Below, one piece after another: positions 1 through 12,327 of a DNA stretch of 64,000 bases. Source of the stretch: Octopus sinensis (taxonomy: Eukaryota); the NCBI RefSeq assembly GCF_006345805.1, contig NC_043020.1:9362001-9426000 (forward strand), written 5' to 3'. A program made the translations under genes and the position numbers. A model generated the notes under the pieces. The model saw nothing but the letters and a program-made list of their open reading frames with translations. It was not told the origin of the DNA and did not search any database. The number at the start of each line of letters is the position of its first letter. Position 1 is the stretch's first letter.

Positions 1-285
1 TGTTCGCTTTATGCATTAAGTATATCGCCCTGAATTGTTTTTCTCTCTCGGAATATAACATTGATAATATATGGCGAAAGTAAAGAGTACGTACACCTGG
101 TGTTTAGGGTTTCGATTTGGGGTTAGGGTTTTTGTTACACCGAAAACGGGTGGTGTACGTATTCTTTACCTCCGTCATTATATATATATTACGTATTATA
201 TAACGTAAATAGGTGGCCTATGCGTATAATAATTGTAATGAGCTTATGTATACAGAACTCAATTGCACTTGGTCTGTTTAATACC

Positions 286-515
286 TATTTCTTTATTACC
301 CACAAGGGACTAAACACAGAGCGGACAAACAAGGACAGACATAGGTATTAAGTCGATTACATCGACCCCAGTGCGTAACTGGTACTTAATTTATCGACCC
401 CGAAAGGATGAAAGGCAAAGTCGACCTCGGCGGAATTTGAACTCACAACGTAACGCAGACGAAATACCGCTAAGCATTTCGCCTGGCGTGCTAACGTTTC
501 TGCCAGCTCTCCGCC
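286..515 (-). mobile_element. tRNA-derived SINE family A, monomer with 16-bp TSD
   Basis: Head GGCGGAGAGCTGGCAGAAACGTTAGCACGCC, central GCCTTTCATCCTTTCGGGGTCGATAAATTAAGTACCAG (resembles the MetaSINE core, from recall), 3' end GTGGGTAATAAAGAAATA; TGGTCTGTTTAATACC duplicated at 270-285 and 516-531. Confidence 0.85.
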
Positions 516-1198
516 TGGTCTGTTTAATACCTGCAATGATCTGTGTCTCTGTGTGACCTCGCCTTTTCTCTTCACCCCAGGTCGGCTCTGACTGTGTAGA
601 CTTATAATCCAAGACGTCCCAACCATAACCATTCCGCCTCTTTTTTTTTTTTTCAAGATGGTGAAGTCTGGTTTGGTGGGAGAACAGCTACTATTTCTAA
701 CAATCCAAATGACCACGTAGGGGCTCCTTTTGCTCACTAATTATTAGAAATTCTCTCTGAATACGACTGTGTAAAATAGTGTGTGTGTGTTTTTAAACAT
801 CATAATTTACGTTGCTTGTTCTGAATTCTATAGAAAATCTGTAGAGATAAGCTTATCTAAACATTTCTAATATACGATAGAATGAACAGGATTTAATCAC
901 AACAATTGTTTCTGTGCGTTGATAACAATTGTCAGTCGCTGGTGAATGGCATCGAGAGTACTGCTGGATCACATCTAGCTTCCCATTGTTTTATACTCAT
1001 TTATATATATATATATAAGTAGTTGAATGAATTATCCTAGTATGGATAATTCTGTTAACCGATACCCGGGTAGCAAATTCACGTCAGAAAAACACGGTTG
1101 AAGCCAAGGGTAGAGATCTCGTGCTTTCGTGTGGAAATTTGTGTTTTTTTTTTATACAAATAAATGAAAAAATGGAGTTGAACGACGATTTAACAAAA

Positions 1199-1297
1199 TT
1201 CCTTTATTCTCAACATATGTTTCGAAGACTGCATATTCCTAATTTCGAAGGAATAAGGGGTGCATTATGCCGCCTTCTCATCAGGAAAGACAAGGAA
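1199..1297 (-). ncRNA. Type I hammerhead ribozyme-like motif
   Basis: Minus strand: TTTC-CTGATGA-GAAGGC...GTCTTC-GAAA-C-ATAT-GT-T-GAGA. Intact core, 6-bp helix II base, palindromic helix III (ACATATGT), helix I TTTC/GAGA. Confidence 0.6.
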
Positions 1298-1351
1298 CTT
1301 ATGTCAGCATCATGACGAACAAAAACTTTTAGATGACTGCCCACACGGAGT

Positions 1352-1409
<58 letters not shown>

Positions 1410-1734
1410 TTAATTAGAGGATGTTAATCTCGTGTAGGGATCTGGTTCAATACCTAATATTTTTGAGGAATGAAATTCCCGTAAAACAATTGGTATATAT
1501 TAAGTATATAATTTATATCCATTTAAAAGAAGAAAAGAAAATGGAGATAAGGAAGTTAATAATTGTTTATTTCTAAAAACAAATTGGTCATCTTCACTTC
1601 TTACAGCTGTTTCAATTAATTTAAGTATAAATTTCTACATTAAATTTACATTTATATGACATGAATAATAATTTCATTAGAGAAAAAGAAAGATGTAAAT
1701 TTAATATACTTATTTGTAATAAAATTATTGAGTA

Positions 1735-2121
1735 CTAGCAGTATCGCCGGCGTTGCTCGGATTTGTAAGGGAAATAACTATATAAGCATTTTTAGAGAGT
1801 TATAGCCAAAAAATGCATTAAAAAAGGGAAAAAAATGATGTTAAATTTTTTTTAAAACACGTTGACTCATCGTAGACATTTTTAGAGAGTTACTTCCCTT
1901 TATATAATAGCGAAAAATGCATTAAAATAGAAAAAAATTATGGTAAATTATTTTTTAAATCGTAGACTCATCGTAGACGCACGCTAATACCCAGAAGGGC
2001 TCGATATGAATCACGACTATAAGATACCAGCTTTTGGTTAAACTGCACCGCAAAATGTGGGAGTAGTTAGAAATCTAAATCGTAGGAGACAGACACACAA
2101 CTTCACTTTTATATATAAAGA
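1735..2121 (-). mobile_element. Non-autonomous Helitron
   Basis: Minus strand begins A|TCTTTATATATAAAAG and ends with GC-rich GAGCAACGCCGGCG then ATACTGCTAG|T; inserted between A and T, no TSD; related copies elsewhere in the window. Confidence 0.85.
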
Positions 2122-2215
2122 TTAAATGAAACAGCTGTAAAAAGCGAAGATTGCCAATTTGTTAATAAATAATTAACTTCCTTATCTCCATTTTCTTTTC
2201 TTTTAAATGGATACA

Positions 2216-2252
<37 letters not shown>

Positions 2253-2528
2253 CATTGTAGTTTGCTTGAAGCATTGTAATATCAAAGAAGGTAAAAAGAG
2301 AGAAAATAGAAACCTTCTGACAATGTGGGAAGTTGAATAAAACCTTTATATTTCAGGCGCAAAGGCTCATCTTCAGAAGAAAAGAAGTCTAAGAAAAGTT
2401 CAGTTACGTAGAATCCATTCATTGTTTTAAATTGTTCCTTTCTTATGACGATGGGCCTTTACGCCTGAAATATAATGTCTTTATTAAACTTTCCACATTG
2501 TCAGAAGCTGTTCATTTTCTCTCTTGTT

Positions 2529-4425
2529 ACCATCATATATATCATCATCATCATCATCATTTAGCGTCCGTTTTCCATGCTAGCATGGGTTGGACGGTTC
2601 AACTGGGGTCTGGGGAGCCCGAAGGCTGCACCAGGCCAGTCAGATCTGGCAGTGTTTCTACAGCTGGATGCCCTTCCTAACGCCAACCACTCCGAGAGTG
2701 TAGTGGGTGATTTTATGTGCCACCGACACAGGTGCCAGACGAGGCTGGCGAACGGCCACGCTCGGATGGTGTTTTTATGTGCCACCGACACAGGTGCCAG
2801 ATGAGGCTGGCAGGTGCCAGACGAGGCTGGCAGACGGCCACGCTCGGATGGTGTTTTTATGTGCACCGACACAGGTGCCAGATGAGGCTGGCGGACGGCC
2901 ACGATCGGATGGTGTTTGTTACGTCCCCAAAGCACGGAGGCCAGTCTACGCGGTACTGGCTACGGCCACGTTCGGATGATTTTCTTGTGTGCCACCGGCA
3001 CTGGTACCACAAGATACAAATTCCATTTATGTTCATCTATTTTGATTTGTTTTGATTTGATTTGATTTTCACTTGCCTCAACAGGTCTTCACAAGTGTCA
3101 CTTGCCTCAACAGGTCTTCACAAGTGTCACAAGAAGGAAGGTATGCACAGGTGGACTGTCTACGTCGCCGGGTCTTCGGATGGTGTCTTTATGTGCCACC
3201 GACACAGGTGCCAGATGTGGCTGGCGAACGGCCACGATCGGATGGTTTTTTGTGTGCCACCGGTACTGGAACCACAAAGATACAAATTCCATTGATGTTC
3301 ATCTATTTTGATTTGGTTTGATTTTCACTTGCCTCAACAGGTCTTCACAAGTGTCACGCGTGTCACACACTTGCCTCAACAGGTCTCCACAAGTGTCACA
3401 CACTTGCCTCTGCCTCAACAGGTCTTCACAAAGTGTCACACACTTGCCTCTGCCTCAACAGGTCTTCACAAGTGTCATAAGAGGGAAGGTATGCACAGGT
3501 GGACTGACTACGTCGCCGGGTCTTTGGATGGTGTTTTTATGTGCCACCGACACAGGTGCCAGGTGAGGCTGGCGAACGGCCACGATCAGATGGTGTTTGT
3601 TGTGCCCACAGCACGGAGGCCAGTCGATGCGGTACCAGCTACGGCCACTTCGGATGGTTTTCTGTGTGCCACCGGTACTGGAACCACAAAGATACAAATT
3701 CCATTGATATTCATCTATTTTGATTTGGTTTGATTTTCACTTGCCTCAACAGGTCTTCACAAGTGTCACACACTTGCCTCAACAGGTCTTCACAGTGTCA
3801 TAAGAGGGAAGGTATGCACAGGTGGACTGACTACGTCGCCGGGTCTTCGGATGGGTCTTTATGTGCCACCGGCACAGGTGCCAGATGAGGCTGGCGAACG
3901 GCCACGATCAGATGGTGTTTGTTGTGCCCACAGCACGGAGGCCAGTCGATGCGGTACCAGCTACGGCCACTTCGGATGGTTTTCTTGTGTGCCACCGGTA
4001 CTGGAACCACAAAGATACAAATTCCATTGATATTCATCTATTTTGATTTGGTTTGATTTTCACTTGCCTCAACAGGTCTTCACAAGTGTCACACACTTGC
4101 CTCAACAGGTCTTCACAAGTGTCATAAGAGGGAAGGTATGCACAGGTGGACTGACTACGTCGCCGGGTCTTCGGATGGTGTCTTTATGTGCCACCGGCAC
4201 AGGTGCCAGATGAGGCTGGCGAACGGCCACGATCGGATGGTGTTTGTTGTGCCCACAGCACGGAGGCCAGTCGATGCGGTACTGGTTACGGCCACGTTTG
4301 GGTGGTTTTCTTGTGTGCCACCGGCACTGGTACCACAAAGAATACAATTCCACTGATGTTCATCTATTTTGATTTGTTTTGATTCTATTTTGATTTGTTT
4401 TGATTCTATTTTGATTTGTTTTGAT
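2529..4425 (-). mobile_element. 5'-truncated RTE LINE 3' UTR copy with internal tandem amplifications
   Basis: Matches the 3' UTR of the LINE at about 54320-55345, including CCATGCTAGCATGG and the (GAT)n tail; a 300-400 bp block is repeated about 4 times; TA tracts on both sides. Confidence 0.85.
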
Positions 4426-5587
4426 TATATATATATATATATATATATTATATATTATATAATAATTATGTGGTAATGCTTCAACAAGTAAAAGAGCATT
4501 TGATCAGCTAAGAGAGTAAAGATATTCTTATAATGAAAAACCACAAATCTTGTTAAATACAGCTACCCAGGGTTTCCTTGATGAAATGATCATTTATTCT
4601 GCCACTTATTAAACTGAAAACGAGGCTGTTTGTCAGTTGTCTTTTGATCTGCTCAGAAGACAAGCTTGGTTATGTGGTTAAGAATTTCACTTTGCATCCA
4701 CTTGGTCCTAGGTTCAATCCCACTGCACGGCACACTTGGGTTAGTGTCTTTTACTGTTGCCCAGGTTGACCTTCCCAATCGTTGTGGTTTCTTCATTTTG
4801 GCCTTCCAGAATTGGCCCCCATCCAACATCGTTCCGACGTTCCAGGAGCCAAAAATCGATTTGATGTGTTTCCTTCTTGCTTTATTTTTTACTGCAGAAA
4901 TGGAGAACCCACTGCACGTGGTATCCCAGACCAGTTAAGGTAAGATGAGTGGGCAGTTTTTATCCCTACTTTTATCGGGCCATCTCAGGATTGGGGTGTA
5001 GGGGCTGCATTCTCATTTGAGTTAGATTTTAAGCAGCTGCCACTCTTCCACACACCCATGACCATCCCTCTCAAATTGCCGATGTGCAGATTTCCAGTTA
5101 GTGGCCTCTGTCTTCTCAAATCTGCCACAGTCATCATTCATCTATCATCACAGGACCTTTGCTTTTCATGTAAAGGTCCTTCTGCTCTTGTCTTAGGCTC
5201 CTATATGTAGTCATACACAGACCTTCATGCCCCTTGATCCAGCAGATCATCAAAGATGTAACAGAGAGAGAGAGAGAGAGAGAGGATTGCATGTGTTTAA
5301 CCCTTGGATGAGAGTAAGGTTTATTTGATGGCAACTTTTTATCTGCTTTAGTCATAGAGCTTTCTCGTTGTATATCTCATATTTTTTAACTTGTTTTGGT
5401 CATTGGATGTTTTTTTTTTTTTTTCTTTTTTAGTCAATCAAGTTGTTCCCTGTACTTTGTTAATTCTGGTAGGTACTTATGCTGTCGGTCTCTTTTCCCA
5501 AACTGCTATGTTATGGGGACGTAAACAAACCAGCACCAGTTGTCATGCAGTGGTAGGGGACAAACATAATGATACACATATGTGCAT

Positions 5588-5623
<36 letters not shown>

Positions 5624-6068
5624 TTTTTTTTAAATATTTAGCAGAAGCACATTTTTGGCTTTGCCAGGTGTCTTAGGAGTTAAAATAATACATATTTAAA
5701 TTTTCTTCATATGTGAATTATTTTGGAAATTATGATAGATTTTTCCAAAAGTCCCAAATGGGGATTACTGAAAAAACAGCATATTCTTTTCTATTCAATT
5801 GCAATAATAAACATTTCAGTTTTTTTTTTTTTGTTTTATTTTTTTGAAACTATAGTATCAAATGCGAATGTGTATGAAATATCAATGAATGATATAGATG
5901 GGAAATGCAAAAAAGAAACAAAAAAAACGTTTCAAAACAGTCAATATTTTTGTAGTTCAAAGATTGCGATTTATGACTTAAAATGTCCTCTAGAATTAGC
6001 CAGGACTAATAATGACTAACTTGAACTACTAAATTGCATGTCCAATGTACATTAGCAATTCACTTTAA

Positions 6069-6289
6069 CCCTTTAGCATTCAAACCGGCCATATCTGGCC
6101 AAAATATTTAACTTGTTTTATATTGAAACTGACCAGATCTCACCTCTCACCTCAACCCTACCATGTCATTCTACAACTAAAAAAATCACATCACTGAAAT
6201 CTCTAAACTACAAGATAATGCAGGATTAATTCAAAACAATATAAATAAACAAACGTCACATTTGATAGAATAATCTGAACACTAAAGGG
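6069..6289. mobile_element. piggyBac-like MITE
   Basis: TTAA|CCCTTTAG...CTAAAGGG|TTAA; related copies near 11357-11572, 26590-27432 (split) and 40558-41155 (split). Confidence 0.7.
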
Positions 6290-6675
6290 TTAAATACGAT
6301 GAACAGCCAGCAGTGAGACTGTTTTTAGCAGATCCCTGAATGGGACTCATGGCAAGCTATGGGTTAATATTTTGGTCAATATCAATATGGCAAGCTGTCC
6401 AAACCAGGCAAAATGCTTAGTGGCGTTTTGTCCGTCTTTATATTTTCAGTTCAAATTCCGTCACAGTCACCTTTTGCCTTTCACCTTTACGGAGTCGATA
6501 AAATAAGTACCAGTTGCGTACTGGGATCGATGCAATTGCCTTATACCCCTCCCTCTAAAATTGCTGGTCTTGTGCCAAAATATGAAACCAATATTTTGGT
6601 CAATATTGGTGCAAAAGAATGGTTTGACCACTTGTTTGTTTTGACATGTTCCCTCTTCATCTATTTTTTGGCCAG

Positions 6676-6834
6676 GAGGTACGCAGAAGACAGCTGGCTG
6701 ATGCTGCTGAGAAACGAAGGAAATCCATGGAATATCGGGGTATTAAGGACCCGGAAGGCTACAAAAGACGGCAGAAAAAGCAGCAACAGTTAGACGAACT
6801 AGACTCACAACCTTCGGAAAATACCAATCTAAGG
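6676..6834 (+). CDS. SVIP: Small VCP/p97-interacting protein, internal coding exon (phase 0-0)
   Basis: ccag|GAG...CTAAGG|gtttgt; translates EVRRRQLADAAEKRRKSMEYRGIKDPEGYKRRQKKQQQLDELDSQPSENTNLR, matching the SVIP pattern R..LAEAAE.R....RGI.D....LR that includes the VIM-type motif. Confidence 0.85.
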
Positions 6835-7548
6835 GTTTGTATAGAATCTGTTTCACGTGTATAAAAGGCCCCTCTTCGGTCGTGAATGACCATGGGGTTG
6901 CATCTGGAAAGTTCCCCTTCGAGGCACAAATCCAGATAAGGTTGTTTTTGGAAGACCATCAGTTCCCCGTGCAAACCAGCCTCCCGTCTCCATGCCATTA
7001 TATGTACATAGGGTAAAGGGTAGAGACCCCTCTCCCCCTTTGGACATGAATGATTGTGGGATTGCACCTAGAAAGTTCCACTCTGAGGCACAAGTCCAGG
7101 CAAGGTTGTTTATGGAAGACCAGCAGTCACCCATGTATACCAGCCTCCTCTCTCTATGCCACTGATGTTATCCAAGGGAAAGGTAAAGGCTGATAAAGTT
7201 TGGTCCAGTGATGTTGCACTCATTTCTACAGATGAGTGACCTTGAGCAATGTGAAATAAAGTGTCTTGCTCAAAAACACAACACAGCCTGGTCTGGGAAT
7301 CGAACTCACTACCTCATGCTTGTGAGACTGCTCTAGGCACTGTGCATAATATATATATATACACACACACACATGCACGCGCAGGAGTGGCTGTGTGGTG
7401 AGAAGCTTGCTTCCCAACCACATGGTTCTGGGTTCAGTCCCACTACGTGGCACCTTGGGCAAGTGTCTTCTACTATAGCCTTGGGTCAACCAAAGCCTTG
7501 TCAGTGGATTTGGTAGATGGAAACTGAGATAAACCAGTTGTATGTATA

Positions 7549-7588
<40 letters not shown>

Positions 7589-8252
7589 AACCCATAAAAT
7601 ATATACACACACACACACATATATATATACTTGCATGTGTCTATGTGTGTGTGTGTCCCACACACACCATCGCTTGCCAGCCAATGTTAGTGAGTTTACA
7701 TGTCCGTATCTTTGCGGTTTGGCAAAAGAGACCGATAGAATACGTATATATACCTCCCCACACACACACAATGGGCTTCTTTCAGTTTCCACTCACAGGG
7801 CTTTGGTTGGCCTGAGGCTGTAGTTGAAACACTTGCCTGTGGTACCACCCTGTGGGACTGAACCCGGAACCATGTTGTTAATAAGCAAAGTTCTGTTAAC
7901 AGCCATGCCTGTGCCTCTATACATGCATGCGTGTGTGTGTGTGTGTGTTTTTGCACTCACTCACTCTCGCTCCCTCCCCTTCTCTCTCTCACTCTTTACT
8001 ATATCTGATCCATTCTTCTGGCCATCACCTCAGAATCTTAAAGCCTCGGTGGTGGCTGAGTGCCACAGTTCCCATTCTAAAGACAACCAACCATGTTTTG
8101 AAGGGAATCTGCTCCATTGAGTATCTCAAGAGACTTCATTTCAAACTCATTGTCTCTAACGGCTGTCCTCATTATAAATCCTTAAAATCCTTAAAAATGT
8201 TTTAGCCCGAAGGCCATGGCCATGCTGGGGCACCACCGCTGAAAACATATTG

Positions 8253-8325
8253 CGCCCAATGTGGGGCACGAACCCACGACCCCGAGATTAAGAGTTTCGT
8301 GCTCTACCGACTGAGCTATCTTCAC
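8253..8325 (-). pseudogene. tRNA-Lys(CTT) pseudogene
   Basis: ATAGCTCAGTCGGTAGAGCACGAAACTCTTAATCTCGGGGTCGTGGGTTCGTGCCCCACATTGGGCG; anticodon CTT, but the 5' acceptor strand is GTGAAG instead of GCCCGG and cannot pair. Confidence 0.8.
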
Positions 8326-8427
8326 AAATAATTTAATATTTACTTAATTATCATTGCACTACCTTCAAATCTAATAAAAATGATTTAACTTGATTTCAGT
8401 TTCTTTCTTTCCTTTTTCTTTTTCTAG

Positions 8428-8442
8428 TGGCAAATAGACTGA
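8428..8442 (+). CDS. SVIP: SVIP terminal coding exon (WQID*)
   Basis: Long polypyrimidine tract ending tttctag|TGG CAA ATA GAC TGA; completes the LR|W-x-V/I-x C-terminus typical of SVIP. Confidence 0.8.
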   Translation, partial: WQID

Positions 8443-11400
8443 ACCATTTTTGAAGAATTGGAAAGCAGGGAGGTCCATTTTCAAAGACTTTTCTATAATC
8501 CATAATGACAAAAAATATTACAAAAAACAAATCTTTTTCTCCACCTCTCAATCTATTCTTTTATATTTGGTTCTATTTATGATAATAAAATCCTGTAACC
8601 TTTCTTTTCAAAGGACCCCATACCTGGGATCATTGTCTATGCTCTGTCTCATGTCCCTATTAATTTGTCATAATTTTCAAACCCCTAAAATTAATCTTCC
8701 CCACCCCAGTTCATGCCTGTGTGTGAGATGATGATGATATTTATTTTTCTTCATTCTTTGAAAACTTTTAATTTTCTTTTCTTTTTTACCCCCATCTCTC
8801 TGTATGTGTTAGGAATAAAAATAAAATAAATTATTATATAAATATTATTATAAAAAGGTTTTGGTAGAGAATGAAGACCACCAAAGCTTTTCCTGTCTGT
8901 TTCTCTTCCCATCCCACCATACACACTCCTGGTTCTCTTAACCCAGGGAACTCTCATTTAAAACACTTTGAATTTCTTTGTGTAAATGATGTTAGGATCT
9001 GTGTGTGTTTCTGTATTAGAATGTACCATGTGAAATATAATCTTCTTAAAAGAAAAATTAAAACTATTTTGAATTGAGTTAAAGAAACCTATTTAATTAA
9101 ACTATCTAATCTTTTATGATTTTCTTTTATCAATGTGATGTTAAATGAACCCTTTATTTGGCCCTAATATTCTACCTTTTTTTATGTTCAAGCCAGCTAG
9201 ATCTGGCCTCTCTCACCTACCTGACAATGTCATTCTAACAATAAACAATCATTTGAAATCTTGAAGCCACAAGATAACGTATGATTAAATTAAATAAATA
9301 CACATTACATTTGACAGAGCAGCCTGAATGCTAATGTGTTACGTATGGTTACTAAGGAAAAAAAATCCCACAATGCAACAAAAAAAACTCCTTTGAGAGT
9401 TTGGACTTCTCAAATTCTTCATCTGCTTTTTGATTCCCAAATCTTCTATCAGAGTGTGAACAGTTCCAGCTGTTCAAAAAGATGTTGATGTCGAGTAAGG
9501 TGGGCGTGAATTTTCGCAAAGAGTTTTGGTTGTGATCAGTGTTAAGGCAAAGCCTTCTCTTCGTACGGTGGAATTTGTCTGTTTCGTTTCTGTCTCTCTG
9601 AACCCATTCTTGGTTGTTTTGATTTCGGTTTTTCATGTATATGGTTGATTCCCTGACAGTATGAGTTTGTAGTTATAGATTCCTGTTGTTAGCAAGAAAG
9701 AATACTGCAATATGTCTTTTATAAACTACCCTACAGTCGTTATAAGTTTCATGGAATGCAGTGGCTGCTTTGGAAAATGTCTCAAAGACTTTTCTGTATC
9801 TCCCTCCTTGCTGGGAATCTTCATTATCATCAAACAAAACTCATTTCTTCCACATCTTAAATGATGGTACAATAAAAGCTCATATCTACTAAGGATCAGC
9901 AATTCTCAGTTGCACCATTAGATGCCACAATTTCTCATAATATGTAGAACCCTTTGTCCAGTTTCTTCACTTTTCTGATGTTACAGCAGGAAATAAAAGT
10001 GAAGTTAAGTTACCTTGGGTCATACTGACTCATAAGGGCCAGTTTCCATGGCTTATATATTCTCCATCTGGACAGGACACTGGTCAATCGATTTTCCAGC
10101 TGGAGCAACATGAAATGAAGGGTTTTGCTCAAGAACACAATGTATTGCCTGGTCCAGGAATTGAAACCACAATCTTATGATCATGAGTCCAACACATTAA
10201 CCATAAAGCCACGTGTCTCCACACCAAAGAAAATGGCCAAAGGAGCTACAATTAAGCCTACTGCAAATTGCCAGACTCCTGTCCTGATATTTCTGTCCAC
10301 TGATTCTTTTGTCTTCATTCCTGACTGGCTTTTGTTTCTCTTCTGAAGTTCACTCTAAAGACTGTCATCTCTTGAATGAAATTTCCCAACCATTGCTACA
10401 TTGTAGATTAACGCCGCAATCCTCTCCAAATGCTAAATTGGTATACGGTTATTTCGTAGGTTTGGTTGAATTACATCTTAATATGGACATATATGTATAG
10501 GGAATACAAGAAGAAAAAAAGAAAAAGAATCATCCTTGTTCCAAAGGTCACTATATTGTGGCGGGAGCACAGAATACTTATTAGCCACACCACCACCACC
10601 TGAAAAGTGAGATCAAAGAAATATAAAAGGCCTCCCCCAATTGTACAACATGGGTTAACTGACCTCCTGTCCCTTCTGTTAACATGTAGGACTGTAGATT
10701 GTAAAGGGTTTCATGTCGAGAAAACATTTCATGTGGTATACTCTAATACTTAGCAAGCTAGATCTGTCTGTTTGTCTGGCAAGTTATCTAGCTATCAGGT
10801 TAGCTAGCTAGCTAGCTAGCTATTTAGATATACTGATAAAGAAAACAGGAAATATTAATGTTAGGAAAATAAAGAATGAAAAGAGGAAAGAAAAATAACT
10901 AAAACCGTCTTTCATTCTGATTTCTTGAGCGGGTTTTTTGTCTAGCTATTAAAGATAGCATCTCGACTTTTATACTCCAAAGAGTGGAATTTATGATATT
11001 ACAGTTAATTCTTTACTTACATGTGATTTGACATGTGTTGAAGCACTCATAACTAAAGAATTATCTGTAATACCATTAAATCCATTTTGGCTAAATGTAT
11101 TATACTCTGCGGCTTATTTTTTAGCCCTGGAATTTCAATTTGTGTGCACAGTCTCCTTTTAGGGAAACCTTCTATTTATATACACTGTTATCCAATATTT
11201 GCAAGAGTGCTGGCTAAGGAACAGCTTTGGATTTATTAATTCCCTCTTATCTGATATATGTGAAATGATCTGCCTTTGGTACAGCTAAATTTGTTCAATT
11301 TCAATGTTGAAGAATTAGCTTAACACTTCAGAGTTCCTAATGCTAATACCATATAACCCTTTAAGCATTTAAACTGACCATATCCAGCCTAAATATTCTG

Positions 11401-12327
11401 TTTTATGTTCCAAACAGGCCAGATCTGGCCTCTTACACTTACCCTACAATGTCGTTCTAAAGCTAAACTGTCACATCATTGAAATCTCAAAGCTATGAGA
11501 TAATGCACAATTAATTCAAAACAATGTGAATAAATAAGCATTACATTCGAGTGAATAATGCTGAAGAGTTAAGGGATTCCTATAATTTTCTAAACAAAAA
11601 TTTTGAATTTAAAATATAAATAAATAAATAAAGCCAATCCCTGTTTGGTTTCTCAAAGATTTTTCTTGCCAAAACTAACCTTTTCATAAAAATCAGCCTT
11701 AATTATTACCAGCCAATCAGATTTGGCAAACTTGATTTCTAAAGAGCATTAATTGTCTTAAAGAAACCATCTTTCACAATGATTGGCAGCTGGAAATAGG
11801 GTCCTGGAATTATTTTTCGTTTTCTTTCTTATTCCCACAAACCCATATCCTCTAGCAGAAAAAACCTGTTTTAACCCTAAATCTATATTTCTATTTCTCC
11901 ATTTCACCTAAATATTGTAAAGTCATATATTTTTTTATTTTATTTTTCTTCCTCAATTTTGGCTTTGTAAAATTTTTAGGAAATAAATCAACATTGCTTT
12001 ATCTTTCTTGTTTTTGTTTTAAGTTTATTATTATTATTATTATTATTAATTCATTCTTTAAAGATGGCAGAATCATTCGCAGGCTAGGCAAAATGCTTAG
12101 CAGTATTTTGTCCATATTCATGTTCTGCGGTCGACTTTGCCTTTCATCCTTTCAGGGTCAATAAAATAAGTACCAGTTATACACTGGGGTCAATGTAATT
12201 GACTTACTCGCTCCAAGAAATTTCTGGCCTTGTGCCTTCAGTGGAAAGGGTTATTCAATAATTGGCACACCCACCTTAAACTGGATGTATTGTTTGGATC
12301 ATCTTAAACATTCAGATATACTATTTA

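Noticed and set aside
357-737. Minus-strand ORFs resembling an exon (GYGWDVLDYKSTQSEPTWG)
   Set aside because: They extend into a SINE and a poly-T tract, and I recognise no homology or consistent splice pair.
2432-4382. Many short ORFs with MCHRHRCQ or VPPTQVP motifs
   Set aside because: They are translations of the non-coding RTE 3' UTR repeats.
7226-7956. 188-aa and neighbouring ORFs
   Set aside because: They are built from SINE-B sequence and (TA)/(CA) microsatellites.
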